A stretch of DNA of 64,000 nt from Octopus bimaculoides (Eukaryota), in contig NC_069000.1 in assembly GCF_001194135.2 (NCBI RefSeq), positions 7,449,409-7,513,408 on the forward strand. Direction: 5' to 3'. The notes under the pieces are model-generated. The model was given only the letters and a program-made list of their open reading frames with translations, had not been told where the DNA came from and did no database searches. The stretch's first letter is position 1. Every line of letters begins with the position of its first letter. Shown here piece by piece: positions 63,590 through 64,000 of this stretch. The position numbers and the translations under genes were made by a program.

Positions 63590-63970
63590 ATATACAATAA
63601 CGGGATATGTAAACTGTTAAACCGAGAGACAACAGAATACAGTATAGTCACCTTACTCAAACAGTCACATGTTAGCCCAATATTACCAACAGTAGAACAG
63701 TGACTGTTGACCTAATTTGACAACAGTCGTCGTTGGCCTAATTAGACAACAATACTGGTGTTAGCCCTATCTTTGATAACTAAATCTGTCACAGTTAACC
63801 CTTTGCTATATTTTAGACAGTTATAGCTAATGTATATATTAAGCAATCAGCCTCAATGGTAACCTTGTTGTGTATTTTGTAATAGCCATCCATGTTAGCC
63901 TTGTAATAATACAGTCCTATACCATATTACACAATTTATAGTATGTTAGCCTTATAGTATATTGTTAGAA
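63590..63970. repeat. Degenerate tandem repeat in ATP6V1A intron
   Basis: Recurrent gttagcc..ta / aatacag.atagtc blocks. Confidence 0.4.
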
Positions 63971-64000
63971 AGTAGCAGCCAATATATATATATATATATA

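Overview
AT-rich, microsatellite- and SINE-dense animal genomic DNA with 5 assembly gaps. The repeat families and composition suggest an octopus (inference). I reconstructed three conserved genes by hand, all with GT-AG introns and consistent reading phases. (1) The 3' part of a Cbl E3 ubiquitin ligase gene on +: 11 coding exons from 2218 to the stop at 33436, encoding the TKB EF-hand/SH2 parts, linker, C3HC4 RING, Pro-rich tail and UBA; the 5' exons lie outside the window. (2) A complete AAR2 (U5 snRNP assembly factor) gene on -: 4 coding exons, 41860-45429, 376 aa. (3) The first coding exon of V-ATPase catalytic subunit A on + (62587-62662). AAR2 converges on Cbl and is probably divergent from ATP6V1A. 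The rest is RTE LINE relics and tails, several SINE families, piggyBac-like, hAT-like and foldback MITEs, a Tc1 relic and minisatellites. I found no convincing new protein-coding system. The best leads are: an out-of-frame, mostly synonymously diverged duplicate of the AAR2 C-terminal codons just after its stop; RTE 3'UTR double-hairpin units expanded into arrays with structure-preserving changes; a 29-bp minisatellite made of RFX X-box-like motifs; and a symmetric Cbl exon carrying the tail's recognisable SH2-type tyrosine motifs next to a 46-bp minisatellite. All alignments and counts were done by eye.
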